Below are positions 1 to 13,716 of a stretch of 64,000 nt of DNA, piece by piece. The stretch is from contig NW_027191404.1 in NCBI RefSeq assembly GCF_041146345.1, positions 806,001-870,000 of the forward strand, in the 5' to 3' direction. The notes under the pieces are model-generated. The model did not search any database, was not told where the DNA came from, and saw nothing but the letters and a program-made list of their open reading frames with translations. Numbering within the stretch: position 1 is the first letter of the stretch; each line of letters begins with the position of its first letter. The position numbers and the translations under genes were made by a program. The stretch comes from Neodothiora populina (Eukaryota).

Positions 1-228
1 AGAGGTCTACGTCATGCCCTTGTAAGGCTTCCCAAAGCCACAGCAAAAGCCACATTGAGAGCCACAAATCAAGGTAGAGCCGATTACTGCTCCCTGTGAC
101 AGCTCAGGATCTATAATACCCGTTATTTAGTAGCGCTCCTGCACACTGGATCTCATGTCAGGATAGGTCTCGCGTGAGCATCACAAGATGTATCGTATGA
201 CAAACACTGCTGCCTTTTCCCATACACC

Positions 229-1000
229 ATGTCTTTAACATTGAAACTTGCCTCGCTGGTGGTTCGCACACTGGCCAAGCCTGTCGGCGTATGCCTGATC
301 CTTCATATACATCCATGCTAGCCATATCGCTGATATCGATGGGCCGTAGAACACAATCAAGAGAAATGCCAGGGAGCATGACGGATTCCGCAGATATTGT
401 GTCACTTTTGCCCAAGGTCTGCATCGCATAGACATGCGCATGCGTTTGGGCATATTGCACGATGCTGCTGCTCAAGAACGCATGCACGCAAGAGAAGCCG
501 CAGAAGCCGCAGCGAAGAAGAAGGCGGCCGGGACTCCCACCGTCAAGACTGAGGCTCAAATCAAGGCTGAGGAAGCTGCTGCCACTGAAGCAGAGAAGAC
601 AAAGGCGTCAGACAAGCCCAAAACTCCTTACAAGCCCAAAATCCGACCGCTGTCCGAGGCCCGCGCAATCGAGCTAGGCGCTAACTTCATTGCGGAGTCC
701 TTTGTCTTTCTTGTTGCCTTGGGCTGCATTCTCGCCGAGCGGATGTATTCTGGCAGGAAGGAGTCCACCAGGCGCGATGAGGTTGCTGAACGCTTGGAGG
801 CTTTGGAAGCTCGCGCAGAGAAGATGAATTATCTTGAAGCTGAGATTTCGAGACTGCGTGCAGCTAATGAGACAGAGGCCGCTCCAAAAGCGGTATCTGT
901 CGGAGATCAAAAGCCCCTTTTAGAGATATCGCAGAAGAAAGAACCAAAAGAAACGAAAGACACGGAAGAGAAGGTAGAGGGCTCAGTACCCACGAAATAA
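229..1000 (+). CDS. OPA3: OPA3-like mitochondrial protein (2 exons: 229-288, 350-1000)
   Basis: Spliced N-terminus MSLTLKLASLVVRTLAKPVG|NTIKRNAREHDGFRRYC. OPA3 motif IRPLSEARAIELGANFIAESFVF, then a hydrophobic segment and coiled coil. Intron 289-349 GTATGC..TAG. Confidence 0.9.
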
Positions 1001-1398
1001 AGGCATATGCCAGACAGCGATAACTTGTACATACGCAGTGAGAATGAAGACATCACCACTCTTGCGAAATGTTCCCCTCTCGGTCATGGTCTCCTCAGCC
1101 GCCAATAGGTGCGACTGGCCTTACAAGGACAGGCCAACGCATGGCATTCAGCAACGTCCTTTTAAACAGCCCTCGGTAAGTCGTCTACTTGACTGCAAAG
1201 TGCCTAAGGATAATACTCCCGGTCTGTTCCAGTCTTGCAAAGAGGTGCTGAGAACAGGAGTAATCGTACCTTCCTCATCCTGTGCTTTCCTTGATCTAAA
1301 ATATGGAATCACACCGAAATCCTACCACATCATCGATCCCTTCCCCACAACAAGATACCTTACCCTGATACCCGGACTCGTTATGAACCTTGGTCGCG

Positions 1399-2282
1399 AT
1401 GTTCTGCACCTCTCTACGACGACGTCCCTCGATCAGTGCGGCAGTCTCATCTCTGACATCTGCACCGTTGAGGTTGAAAGGTAATTATGAGCCAGGAGTA
1501 TGTCTCCTACCTTACTGACGCAATAACAAGAATCACAATTGGACACTCACGATGTGGCAATATCTGTACCACATCAGACGTCACAGTCAACAAAAATCAA
1601 GACGACCAGGCAGATTGTTCGGTTCTTGCTTCTTTCGTCTGCGTCAGTTGCGGAAGAGAACATGTCCACGACTTTTGCTCGTATACGTCGTTTCGCCTCC
1701 TTGACAGGAGGTACAGGTCTCGCTATCGTCATGCTTCTTCAAAGACCTACTGCGAGCAGCAGCAGCAACATCACAACAAGGACAGCAGAGGATCACGTCA
1801 GCAACACTTCCAGCGTGCACGCTTATGTGAAGTTACAAGCCGAACTATTCACAATGCGTGACATTCCGTATCTTCCGATGCTGCCTCTCGCAGAGCTCGC
1901 TAGTCTTTCGAGTCTCCTCGATTCCTACGTCTCGGGACTCCGACAGTCTCAGCAGCAGAAGGAGGTCAAGCCCGCCATGACAGCCGTGTCGCTACTTCCA
2001 TATTGCACAACCAACCCGCCTCTGTCACCATTCGCTGTGAGCATGACGACCGATATCTTCTCGTCTCTTCGGGCGATTGCCTCTGAGGCGATGATGGCTG
2101 TCAATAGCAATCAGGAGGAATTCAATCCTGATCGATCGCTCCCAGCGTTGTCTGGTGATAGTGATGATATCGTTATGAGTGATAATGTGGCTCCAGGCCT
2201 TGCTGCTTTGGCGCAGCAGATCGGGAGCAAGACTGTCAGAGAGATGGTAGCTTTCTGGGAAGAAGAATGGTCTGCGGACTGA
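1399..2282 (+). CDS. Hypothetical protein, probable non-catalytic XPF/ERCC1-family subunit (FAAP24/SPO16-like) with C-terminal (HhH)2; exons 1399-1480, 1531-2282
   Basis: ATG1399 exon joins the long ORF in frame through intron GTAATT..CTGAC..AAG (1481-1530). Motif order FLLL..ARIRRF..AIVMLL..KLQAEL..LPMLPL, ending IGSKTVREMVAFW. Family call is inference. Confidence 0.55.
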
Positions 2283-2949
2283 ATATAACAAGCACGACCA
2301 TCTCTGTCTCGCTCAGTGACTGGTAGGACATTGTTACGAGGTATATAATGTCTATGGTGGGAAGGTATCTGCTAACCTCCTTCACTCTACGTAGAGCTGG
2401 AGGCGTGGTCATGATTTTGTATTACCATATGCTGGCATAACTTACGTGACCCTCGAGCACTGCTCGAATTGTGTCTGCTGTAGACCTGTCCACTGTGCGG
2501 ATCAATATATCACTGGCTTAAGACTCGGTCGGTATGGCGACCCTGTCCATATTGGGTCCGAAGCACACCCATCCCCCATCTCGTTCTTGCTCTCCACGAT
2601 CACGGTGAAGGTTCGTTGTGATACAACAGTCGAAGAAATATGGGCCCGATACCATATATAAATGTCGTTGCTATCGAGTCACACGCGTACGAGGGTTCAT
2701 GAATTCATTATTGGTCCCAAAGGCGTGAAAGAGGATAGCCCCCACTTTCAACATCAGAGATTAGGCAGTGAAACCACCAAATGCTAAGTTCTCAGTAGTA
2801 TCATTTTGTCCGGGCATCTGTATAGTAGAGGATTCAGGTTCATACATCTATGGGCTTTTCACTGGAAACACATGGCTGGACTATCATTGGAGGCTAAACC
2901 TTCATTTCGTTGCGCCCATCTCAAGAGCTTGAACAATGAAGATCATTGA

Positions 2950-5593
2950 TCACTTGAGCTGGTCCTTGATCTCAGCGACAACACCACTGATTCTGCTTTC
3001 CTTTGTCAACTGGCTGCCCTCGATGCCCTTGAGCACACCGGCAATGTCCTTGGTACTGGCCATGGACGACCTGAAGCTGCCGCCCAGCGATAATAGGGTA
3101 CCAGTGGCGACGAGCGCTCTGTACACCGTCTCGCTGTCTGCGGCGGGCTTGATCAAACGCACGGCGCCGTCTAGCACGGCCTGTGCTCTCTGTTCGCGGA
3201 TTCCAGATGAGTCGGAAGATGCACCGGCGGTGAGCAAGACGGCGTAGTTGATGTACAGCGTCGCGATCGCGGTGGAGAGACCCTTGTTCGAGAGGAGACT
3301 GGTAAACTTGCTCGCGCTGCTGACAATGTCCTCGAAGCAGCCATCGGCGATGAGACGACCCTCTTCACTCACGAAGAGGTTTGCCAGGAGGCGCACGGCA
3401 AGCATGGTGTTGTTTGGCCTGTCGTTTTCTACGGCGACTACCCCTGAGGCCATGAGCGTGTCGACGATTGTGCCATCTCCGCTACTCGTGGTCTGGATGA
3501 AGGATGGCGAGACAGCACACAAACGAAGCAAGTCTAGACCAGGTAGCCTGTTCGCCGGCGCCCAGCGAGTTGCGACCTTCAGCACAACATTAAGCTGGTC
3601 TTCCTGCGGTTTGGGATCTTTTGGCGATGACTGAAGTTGCTTGATCAGAGTTTCTAGATTCTTCAGTTCTTCTCCTGATAGTTTGACGTCAGGCGAAACG
3701 GTTTCGTTGAGCTCAGGAATCTTCTTGCGAATAGCAGGCAGGTTAGCAGTAGTGATGGACAAGTACTGTGTCTGTGGTAGGGCTCGCGGACGACTGTCTC
3801 CTGTGAACGAAGTTAGTGTGTGGTCTCCCACTGTCCAAGCTGCCGTACTTACCCTGCGTCTGCGGGGCACCAGCCTCACCGGGTCGGTAGCGATTTTCAG
3901 TACCCCATGGATCCGCACCAGGGGCTTGTGTACTTTGTGTTGCCGAAGTACCCAAGGTGGCCCCTTGAGTGTTCGTAATGATGAAATTGGCGACCTGATC
4001 GAGATATGTAACAGGCAATTCATTGTTTCCAATGAACTTCTGGGCAACGTCGTAAGGATTTTGATCGAGGTTGAAGGGCAGCTTTAGCGGAGGCTCGCCG
4101 TCTTTGATGTCCACATCGAATACATAGTCGTATTCTTTCCCTTCATGGGTGGCTTTACGGCCGGTACTTGCAGAGGCATCAACAACCGTACCAACCTAAT
4201 TTCATTATTAGTAATAGAGCAAAGTATCACATGAGGACGTTTTGGCATACATTGATCCACTGTTGCGCTGCAGTTGACCAGGTATGTGCGGTAATGTTGC
4301 CATTATCTTCACGAATCATCTGTACCTGGCCTTCTTTCGTACCCGACTTTTGCTGCACGAACTCTGTATCGAGATTAGTGGAAGGTTGCAGTATGATCAA
4401 TATCATCACCTACCAGGGCCGGGTAGAGACTCCTTCTGGATCTGCTGGCCACCCGAAGCGGTCTGTTGCGGAATGGCTGAAGCCCTGACGCTCTCTGTGA
4501 ATTGACTGATAAGCTGTGCAGTATGTTAGTGTGCGAAACTTGAATGGTATCGAGGGTTGGAGTAGGACTAAGCATACTTTGGGGGCAGCAAGGCGCTCAG
4601 GATCCCGCGTGAAGATGCGGACGATCTTGTCGCTTGCACCTGTTACAATATCTCCAGTAGCCTGACAGACAGCGAGACTCCAGACGGAGATGGCAGGATG
4701 CGTTATCGTCTGAATGCACTCGGTTCCGCGCCAGATGCGCACAGTACGATCCTCGGATGAGCTTGCCAGGTCTCCGTTTGGCAGGATTGCGAGGGCATAG
4801 ATGAAGGCTTCGTGTCCATGTAATTGCAGGACCTCAAGGCCATCCTTCATCCAGAACCTGATAATCTGATCATTTCCTGCCGAGGCGAAAGCTGCGCCAG
4901 AGGGGTGGCCATCGGGGATCTTGCAGAGAGCGCGAACAACGTCGGGCAAGCCAGTAATCGTATGCAGTAGCTTTCCAGCAAAGGTGAAAACACGAATGGC
5001 TTTATCTGCGCAAGCTGTGATAATGGTGTTCTCATCAAACACCAGTACACCCCAGACTGCAGCAGTATGACCCTTGAGCTCAGCTACGCATTCGCCTTTC
5101 TCCACGTCCCACACTCTTGCCTGTGCATCCCAGCCACCACTGACTATAGTACCGTTCGGAGCGACATCCAGAGCGCAAATGTTGTTGGCATGACCCAGGA
5201 GCATGCGCTCGGCATTGTCACTGGGGGCTCGGCCTGGTGGACGAACATCTATGATAGTGTCTTTGCCAGCTGACACGATGAGGCCCTCGCTGTACGTAGC
5301 TGACGGCGGGATGAATGCGAGAGAGTTGACGAATGAGGAAGACTGCACAGCAATTGTGTCTTCGTACGTTACAGGCTTGGTGCCGGTCAAAGTCCACTGT
5401 CTTACGGTGCCATCGCGCGAAGCTGAGTAGACAAGCTTCGGTGAGGGAAAGACGACGGCGCGTACCTACCAGCAGAGTCAGAAAGGTGATTCGTCTGACG
5501 GAGCGAACAATTAAAGTCGGTGGAAAGTATATAGGACGGACATACATCGTCTTCATGGCCTTGTAGAGTGGCTGATAGCTGAAACTGTGCCAT
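2950..5593 (-). CDS. DOA1: Doa1/Ufd3/PLAA ubiquitin-homeostasis protein (WD40-PFU-PUL), 6 exons
   Basis: MAQFQLSATLQGHEDD|VRAV.. WD repeats; PFU motif YDYVFDVDIKDGEPPLKLPFN; PUL motif WAPANRLPGLDLLRL. Five GT-AG introns (e.g. 5466-5545, 4514-4577). Confidence 0.95.
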
Positions 5594-8063
5594 TCCTTCC
5601 TCTAATGACTAGGACAAGTTGTCCTTCTGGCAACCACACGGATCTATTTCGAGACTTCCGAGACCAGGATGAATGTGATTTTATGAGGGATTATTGGCTG
5701 TGTCGGAGTTAAGGTAGCGATTTAGCAGGAATTACTCAGATTGCGGTTATGTGTAACTCAAGCCGTATACACACGTTGCATGGCACATGAACATTGCCCG
5801 TATGGAACATCGACGCTACACTCATTGAGGTGGTCTTCTGTGTCGATACGTCATTGTCAACACGACTCTGCTTTGCCTTACCTTACCTAAGCTGAGGTAG
5901 AATCCAACAGATCCACATCTACAGTAGAGTTTGACAATTTAGTTACCTGACTCTAGAGCCACAGCTATCTTCTGACTTTGACTCATTTGGCATTATGAAT
6001 ACAGGCCCCAGCTTTCTACCTTAAATCTGCTTCATACGGCAGTCATGTAGTCGTTAACTTCAGCACAGCCCTACCACGTGCCACCGTGAGGAACCTTATA
6101 CCGTTCACTAATCTCTGTTGTTTGGGTTTGGAAGCTGGTGCCTTACAGTATACTGTACTTACCGTACATACCTTAATTACATTAACTTGCTCTCACTCTT
6201 ACACGACGGGGGACCTCTGTCTACATCGGGATAGGGAACCTATCAAATTAAAGAGAGTTCATGATCTTTTCTGGCGACCTTCAGCTAAGATGTCTCAACC
6301 CCCTTGACATTTGCTCTTCAGGCATAGTCTGAGCCACAAACCGAATGCTCCTTGAGGACAATAATCATGACCTATCAAGTATCGGACTGTGCATAGTACA
6401 CCGTATGGAATACGTGCACCTTCCACGCTATGAGCTTCAGTAATCCCTGTAAACATGACAAGACTGGGACCAGACACTTCTTCCTCCCACTTCCGAGGTT
6501 TTGTTGCTCTGTAAATGCTCCTCTGTACTTGTACAACGAGAAAAAGTGTAGCTGAATTCTTCCTTGGATGCTTTGATCTGTACAGGGATGTGGTCTTGGG
6601 ACACAAACAACTCTCTTCTAGCCCATCTTGGCTTAAAGCTGATTGAGTGGCACGTGTCCGTGGAGAGGATGGAGAAACTCAATTCGGTATGAAGAAGTCT
6701 CGTGGAACACTGGCACTAAGCCTCCGGTAAGCCCGAGCGTAGTACTTGTAAGGTGTCCATTTTCGCCTGTTCGCTATACCCTCGCAAGCTACTTGTTGCA
6801 TGATCGGTACCCGCGGGTGTACTGCTTTAGTGAAGGCAACCTGTGGCGTGAGTGATGTCTATCGAGTTTGGCGCCTCCTGATCAAATGGAAGAAAAAATC
6901 GATAGAAACAGTGCAGCATTTCTTCCACATCATGCATAGATGCTTTGCGTCTGACCGAGATTATTGGTGTCGGCGCCTCTTGCTACAGGCCGCCTGAGCC
7001 TGATGTATCATCTGTATTACAGCCAGATCCACCAACAGTAATCTGCCTTCCTTGACTTGTACTGTTATTGGCTGTTGGATCCCTTATTGCCCCCTTTTAC
7101 TCGCCGTGGCATCTTGTCCCGCGCTCTGTATCATGGTTCTGGACTAAGAGAGCGCAGCTGCGTCAAGCCACGAAGCCTAAAGGTTAGCCCACGAAGCCGT
7201 CAAGATCCTGGTCGGTTGCACCCGAGGCAGACGGCGTCTACCTAGACCTGCCAGATACGCCGATTGCCCCGGGAAAGCATTCTGATACGCACGGTATGCA
7301 CGGCTATCACATCGCTTGCGGTCCAGTCTGGAGCGTGCTATGCGTTCGCCAGAAACGGCACTCCAAATATCTGAACTATCTGGCCCCTATAAACATCGCC
7401 GACTGGCTCGCGAGAGGAAGTCCAGGTCTGTCTCTGGCTGATAATTAGCTCGCGCTCGCCGTGTGCCCATATCGTCTCTTCATTAGCCTCAGTACCTCTG
7501 CGTGATACTTTCGCTTCGTATCAAGTCTCGCAGCCCTTGTGTCATTCGCCGTCCTGACCTACTTCCCGAGGCCGCCGCTTCCACCTAGCACTGATCTCCG
7601 ATCTTGTCCCAAGCTTATTTCCCTTCGAGCCCGGGTCCGCTCCAAGGTCTGGTACTACTTGCTGGATCAGTCGCAATCTGCCCTCGTCAGATTCCCGGCA
7701 CGCCCTGAATATCGGTCCTTGTATCGCTGCAATCGGCCACGCGTAAGTACATCAGAGTACTCTTGTAGTACCAAGCGCTGCAGTGGTTGAACCTACGCAT
7801 GTGACCCGTGCAAATTGTGGAAGCTGATTTATTAACTACATCACAGGGCCCCGTCTTTGGAAAATACGATACATTTGTTTCCCCACGACTACCCTTTGTC
7901 CAGTATATCAACGCTATATATCACCAGGCTCGTTGTCGATTGTGAAGAAGCTCTCACATCATCAACCGACCCAGAGGACATCTAGGTTTCGACTACTGCT
8001 ACTGTCTATATACACCCTCACCTCCTGACAATTGGGTGGCAATATTAATCCTCACTCATCACC

Positions 8064-9061
8064 ATGGGCTCTCCTCGCAATGAATTGATGTCAGCATTAT
8101 CCTCGTAGGTTACAAGTGGCAGCATGTCTTCTGAATTGCACACCGCTCACTATTGCTCAGTCTTCACCTTGGCGGCAAATATTCTGACTTGACCGTGCGA
8201 TGCCATTCTAGACAGTGGGCAGTCCACCGCGCTATCCTGTGTTCTCGTTCTAGCTTCTTTGATGGAGCTTGTAGCAATCAGTTTCTCGAGGCCAAGACAG
8301 GCGTCATTGAGCTCGACGAAGATGACGAGGAAGCCGTGGAACACATGATTCACTGTGGGTTTTGTTTACAGATTCTTACGTTTCATATTCAGCTAATTCC
8401 CCTCACAGATTTCTATCACCTTGACTACCTTGAGCCAGAGAGTGTAGCACCAGCATCAGCTATCTTCCAACATCGAGCTCATGAAGCACAAAGAAACCGG
8501 CCACAGAAGATTGATCTGTCGCAAATCGAGGATCCTTTGTTCGCTCAGGCTCGAGCTTGCGCCCCGCCTACACCAACAACACCGTCCAGTGAGCGATCCG
8601 GTTTCCAGCTGGCTAGACATGATTCGACCCATTCGAGGAGTTCAAAAAGCAAATCGAATCGTCCAGTCAAAGCTGTGTCAGCATCGCCGAGCGACTCCGA
8701 GGATGAGTGCTACTCGGAGGAGGACGAGGAGTACGAGACAGACGAGTCAAATCTCCTGACTCACATCAGAGTCTATGCTCTTGCCGAAAAGTACGGCGTG
8801 TCTGCTCTGAAAGACCTGGCGAAAAGAAAATTCGAATGCCAAATGGCATGCTTTTACGACTCACCTGAATTCGCCGATGCCGTGGAAGAAGTCTACTGTT
8901 CCACGATTGACAGTGATCGTGGTCTTCGAGACGTTGTTCTTCAAGCTTTCCGGAGCCACCCGCAACTGGCGAGCACCCAAGACGTCTTTGCCGTCATCAA
9001 AAGCACACCTAGTCTTGCCTTTGAGCTGTGGAAGGTGGAGAGGGGGCTCCCCGTCGTCTGA
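8064..9061 (+). CDS. BTB/POZ-domain protein (introns 8105-8160, 8355-8408)
   Basis: YSDLTVRC..WAVHRAILCSRSSFFDGAC..EAKTGVIELDEDD and HIRVYALAEKYGVSALKDLAKRKF are typical fungal BTB motifs. Confidence 0.9.
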
Positions 9062-12000
9062 TTGTGGTCTTCAGACGCGTACTCCAAATTCTGATGCTTG
9101 TTGGTCGTGTTTGTTTTCCGGCACAGAATCGGGTCGATGCTTTTGCAGCTCGCAAATCACATCTTGCACGTTGTTTTCTTGGGACGACTTATCATGGGTT
9201 TATGCAGCAGGAAAAGTGGGTATGATGGAGGGAATTGATCGCTGCTTGTTCTCGGACCCAATGCAAAGGGCATATGGCGCATGGCGTTGAACACGCATTT
9301 GATTGGAAAAGCCTGCATCCTACTGATAGTGGACACAGCGGCATTGCATGATACCCTACCACTCGCTCTTGGTTTTTTTTTCTATATTACTTTCTTATTT
9401 ATGATCGATACTAACATCGAACACTTTCCGTACTAGCTGCCTGTGCGTCTTTCCCGGGTGTTCTTGTGTGCTCCTCTTGCTTGAGGATCTATGTTGACTC
9501 CCATTATTGTTTTCCTTTTTCTCGCTTTCAGAGCTGACCTTCAAAACTTTCGAAGCTTAACCCCTCAAATGCGAACACCCCACTTCTGTAAGGAGCAGGT
9601 ACGCCACAGTATGCACGAGAGCGCATGCGATACTCGTCGTATCGACGTTTCACGTAGCACATGCCAGCATTACTTTCTAGATATCCAATGAGATACAGAA
9701 TCATTCCTGAGCTGCGCATAATGTTCAGGTAGAGTCATGCAACTTCACGCAATCCACTCTGTTCCGCTCGTGTTGTTTCATCCTTGAGATTTCGCAAACC
9801 GAACGAGACAGTACACCGAAGCGCGATCTCGGTCTTTGCTTTTGCTTGACATCCCAGGTTCTTGTGCATTACGCAGATCCCCACGTGGCTTCCGTCACTT
9901 TTGCACATGGCGTAAGGTAAGGTAGTGGTGCGAGTGGAGTACTGTATACGCGGCCGGTGACGATAGCATTATGGCGGCTATGAAAGCTTCAAGAGATGTC
10001 ATTCGTCTTTCCATTGCTACTCGTCCGCCCCCAACTCCTTGCTCGTTTGTCTTCTTACTTCCTGTCTGTCTACGTAGCACCCTGTACCTAAAATCATTTG
10101 GTCGTAAGCAGCATGCTGGAGACGGCTGTGCATATCGTATGATAGACTGCCTCAACAGCATGAAATGGTATGACGCCGAGCGATGACGCTTCTGATATCC
10201 CGGTCTTTTTTTTCCCTGGCGAACATTACCTTCGCACCGTACTCTTGCGAGACTGGGGAGCTTTGACGAGTGTTTTTTCTGGACCTTTGATCATCATGCA
10301 TACCTACCTACGCAGCACTGCAGTGAAGAGCAGATCCTTGTCTGCAGCTCAGTACTGCACTCCGTATGCTTGTGCTCCCAATCCTTCATCCATCGGGCCC
10401 TCACAGCAGCCAATCGGCAACCGATAGGGTTTCCCATGCCTGCGGATGCAGAGGACAGGGCACTCCGGCCCACTGCATTAGCCGCAATTGCCACCGTGTG
10501 CCTGAGTCCTGCCAAACCCTGCTCCCCTGTGTCATTGGAATCTCGTCCTTTGCAAGGAAGAAGTTTATGGTTAGGGTGAGAGATCTGCGAGAAGGATTAT
10601 ACACGTCAAAATCAGGAAAGTCAACATTGGGAGCTTGAGCTGTTCCATGACAACCAAGACAAAACGAGCAAATTCTGCTTCCTTCCCCCTAGTTCTTGTG
10701 AAACGTAGCCTTCAGGGACACTTCGTCGCGCATTGCGGTGTACCATTGATCGCCCGAGTCTGGGTTTAAACAGACTGTGGTCGTCGCCAGGAACCGCAGG
10801 CTTTTGTTGTGCTGAGAAAGCATAAATGAAGATCGCAGGGTATCATGGAGATCCTGGAGCGTTTCAAGATGACGACCTTCCGTGTCACCTACGTGAACAA
10901 TTTCATGCAACCCGGAATTGCTTGGTGTGTGATGCTGGTAATCCACGGTGATGATAGCTCGGACTTTTTGATGGACATGGAACCAACAAGCCCGACTGTC
11001 AGTACATTCCTAAAGCATGCCTTCTACAAAGGGCCTTGATTCTCGAGATGCGTTCTCATCGCTCGATTTTCTGGGGGACTCAGCAGCTATATTCGCATGG
11101 TGGTCGGATTGATGGCACACACCTTGTATCAAACCTTACACCCTTGTCTATGCTTACGTCTATGGTCCCTTCGGACCTTTTTACTCGGAGCGAATCAGCT
11201 AGAGAATGGAACAGTACGAGTGTGGATACCTTGTAAGTACTGCGTGCAGTGACGTTGAACTGACATAGCCACGCAGGAGCAGAGGTACAGTATGGGATCT
11301 TCACCTTTTATTTTTTGTTCCCTGGCTGTGCTGACCGACTAGTGCCACGATAACTGATCAGTTGTGAACAATCATCTGGGAACGACGCACACATCGTGTG
11401 CCTGCCTCTGAATCTGTACATATGGCTTCTGCAAGATGTCCTCGATGGCTAGCATGATAATTCTGCATGTGTTACTTCCGAGCACACGACCATGGTAACC
11501 ACGCGAGAAACAACATCGCAGCACCATCCTGCAACCCGACGTCTCTGAGGTAGCAACCAGCTGGGATAGTGTCTGCACAACGCTGTGTCCACGACGGATT
11601 TACGGATATATGTTTGAACCGATGTCGATATTCTTATGTCATGCAGTAGATTCAACAATCGACTGTGGTAGATGTGAACAGTGCTTCTAAAGAGTTGCTT
11701 CTCGATTGAAAAGCGGTGACAGCGCACATCTATCTGGTACACAATGTACAATGCAGTAAATTGCTATACTGTGTCTCCAACCAGGTATATTATCTTCGTT
11801 TGCGCTATAGTCAGGCCCGCCCCCCGAAGATCTGAAACTGTTCCGTGGCTTGTTTCTGATCTCTGACATGTGTGAGCCAAGGTGAGGTGCCTTGTACTTC
11901 AAAGACTCAGGTACTCGTGTTCATTGCAACCACAGAGGAGCAGGTCAGCCACTAAAGACATTCTACAAGGACTATATCTTCTATGCTCGACGGTTTTTTG

Positions 12001-12381
12001 GGTTTGTGACACTCTCAGAGCACAAATTGTCGAGCACAAGCAGATGATAATGGAGTCAGTGACCGGTCTTTGCCTCGACATGAAGCTTCGTCATCCGTGC
12101 AAGCAAAAGATTAGTTTCGCGTTGGATTGTCCAAAACGAGCTTCTTCGGAGTGGTCTCAGCAAAGGCTAAGTCCGGGAAGTGGAGAGTGGGCGGCGGCTT
12201 TTACACTTGCTCCATGATGAATTAAATCCGGTATACAAAAATGATTAGGTTCATATAGGTATCAAGATCCGTGTAAACGTCTATCCTATGACGCGCACAC
12301 ATTGGATTCGATAGCTATATAGAAACACTTTGCCGATTGATTTCCAAACTCTTCCTATATTGCAACCAAGGACCAATAAAA

Positions 12382-13241
12382 ATGCCATTTCAATACAAAA
12401 AAGTGCTTTTGATCGGTGCGACCTCCGGGATCGGCGAGGCACTCGCGAATCGAATTGCCGAGAATGGAGTCTTCGTTATAGTCACAGGAAGAAGACAAGA
12501 CAAGCTCGACGAGGTCGTGTCCAAGCACGGCTCCGAAAAGGCAGCTGCGGTGCAATGGGACATCACAAAATTAGACGAGATACCGGCGAAGGTCGAGGCC
12601 ATCACGAAAGCACATGCGGACATTGACTGTGTCATGCTGAACTCTGGGATCCAACGAGGACTCGACTTCAGCAAGCCAGAGAGCATCGACAAGAGTGCCA
12701 TTCACGACGAGTTCAACACAAACTACCTCTCGTATCTTCATGTCGTCACGGAGTTTCTGCCGTACTTGCAGAAGCAGAGCAGACAGACGTCGCTGGCGTT
12801 TACGACTTCAGGACTGGCCCTAGTGAGTTCTCAGATTGTGTTGAAGAGCAGTGAAACCGAACATCGTTGCTGATGATACAGACGCCACTATTGAGATGCC
12901 CCAACTACTGCGCCTCCAAAGCAGCGTTGCATCACTTCATTCTCGTGTTGCGCGAGCAGCTCAAGAACGGACCCGGCAACGTCAAGGTCATTGAGATATT
13001 CCCGCCAGCGGTCCAGACAGAGCTGCATGACGCCAAGCACCAGCCTGATATCGAGAACGGTGGATCCATCGGTATGCCGCTGAAGGAGTTCGTCGATGAT
13101 ACCTGGGCTGGACTCGAGGCAGGCGAAGAGCAGATCGCGGTCGGGCTCAGCAAGCGAGCGTTCGACAGCTGGGAGCAGGACAGACAGAAGGGCTTCTTCG
13201 CAATGAATCAGGCGTTCCTAGATCAGGCGCAGAAGTCCTAA
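12382..13241 (+). CDS. Short-chain dehydrogenase/reductase (DltE-like), intron 12823-12881
   Basis: GATSGIG Rossmann motif, NSGIQ, catalytic YCASK after splicing, EIFPPAVQTELH. Confidence 0.92.
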
Positions 13242-13716
13242 GTGGCTGCTTTGGTCTGATATGTGTTTGCAGTGCGGAAGTAACAAGGCCCCGCTGTACT
13301 GCACAGCATAGCTGTTATTCAGCGAGCATGTTGAATAGCAGCAGCCATAGATTCAATGGAAGCTTTCTCCAAAACAAACAGAACAAGAAGCAGCATGGCC
13401 GCTGTGAACGAGAAACACAATGATTGTTGAAACTTACGACTAGAAGGTAATTTTTTTATACTACAGTAGTACAAAAAGTCTACAGCAGGAACGCAAACAG
13501 GGTGCACGACTAACCCCGATCGAGGCAAGACCAGAGTGTCTTACACAGCCACACCTCAGCGTCCCAGACTTGGCAGACGACGTTCGACGTACAAGTGGTT
13601 TATAAACTCCGAAAGCCACGAATTCAGAGAATAGTAGTGACAAAACATCACATCTGTCCGGACTCGAACACGTGTCTAACAAGAGGAAACAACACAAGGA
13701 ACAAACACAGTAAACC

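Noticed and set aside
1038..1484. 148-aa ORF as first exon of the downstream gene
   Set aside because: The only good intron (1481-1530) joins it out of frame; the ATG1399 frame fits instead.
2446..2661. 71-aa ORF between convergent genes
   Set aside because: GTG start, no motifs, lies in a terminator region.
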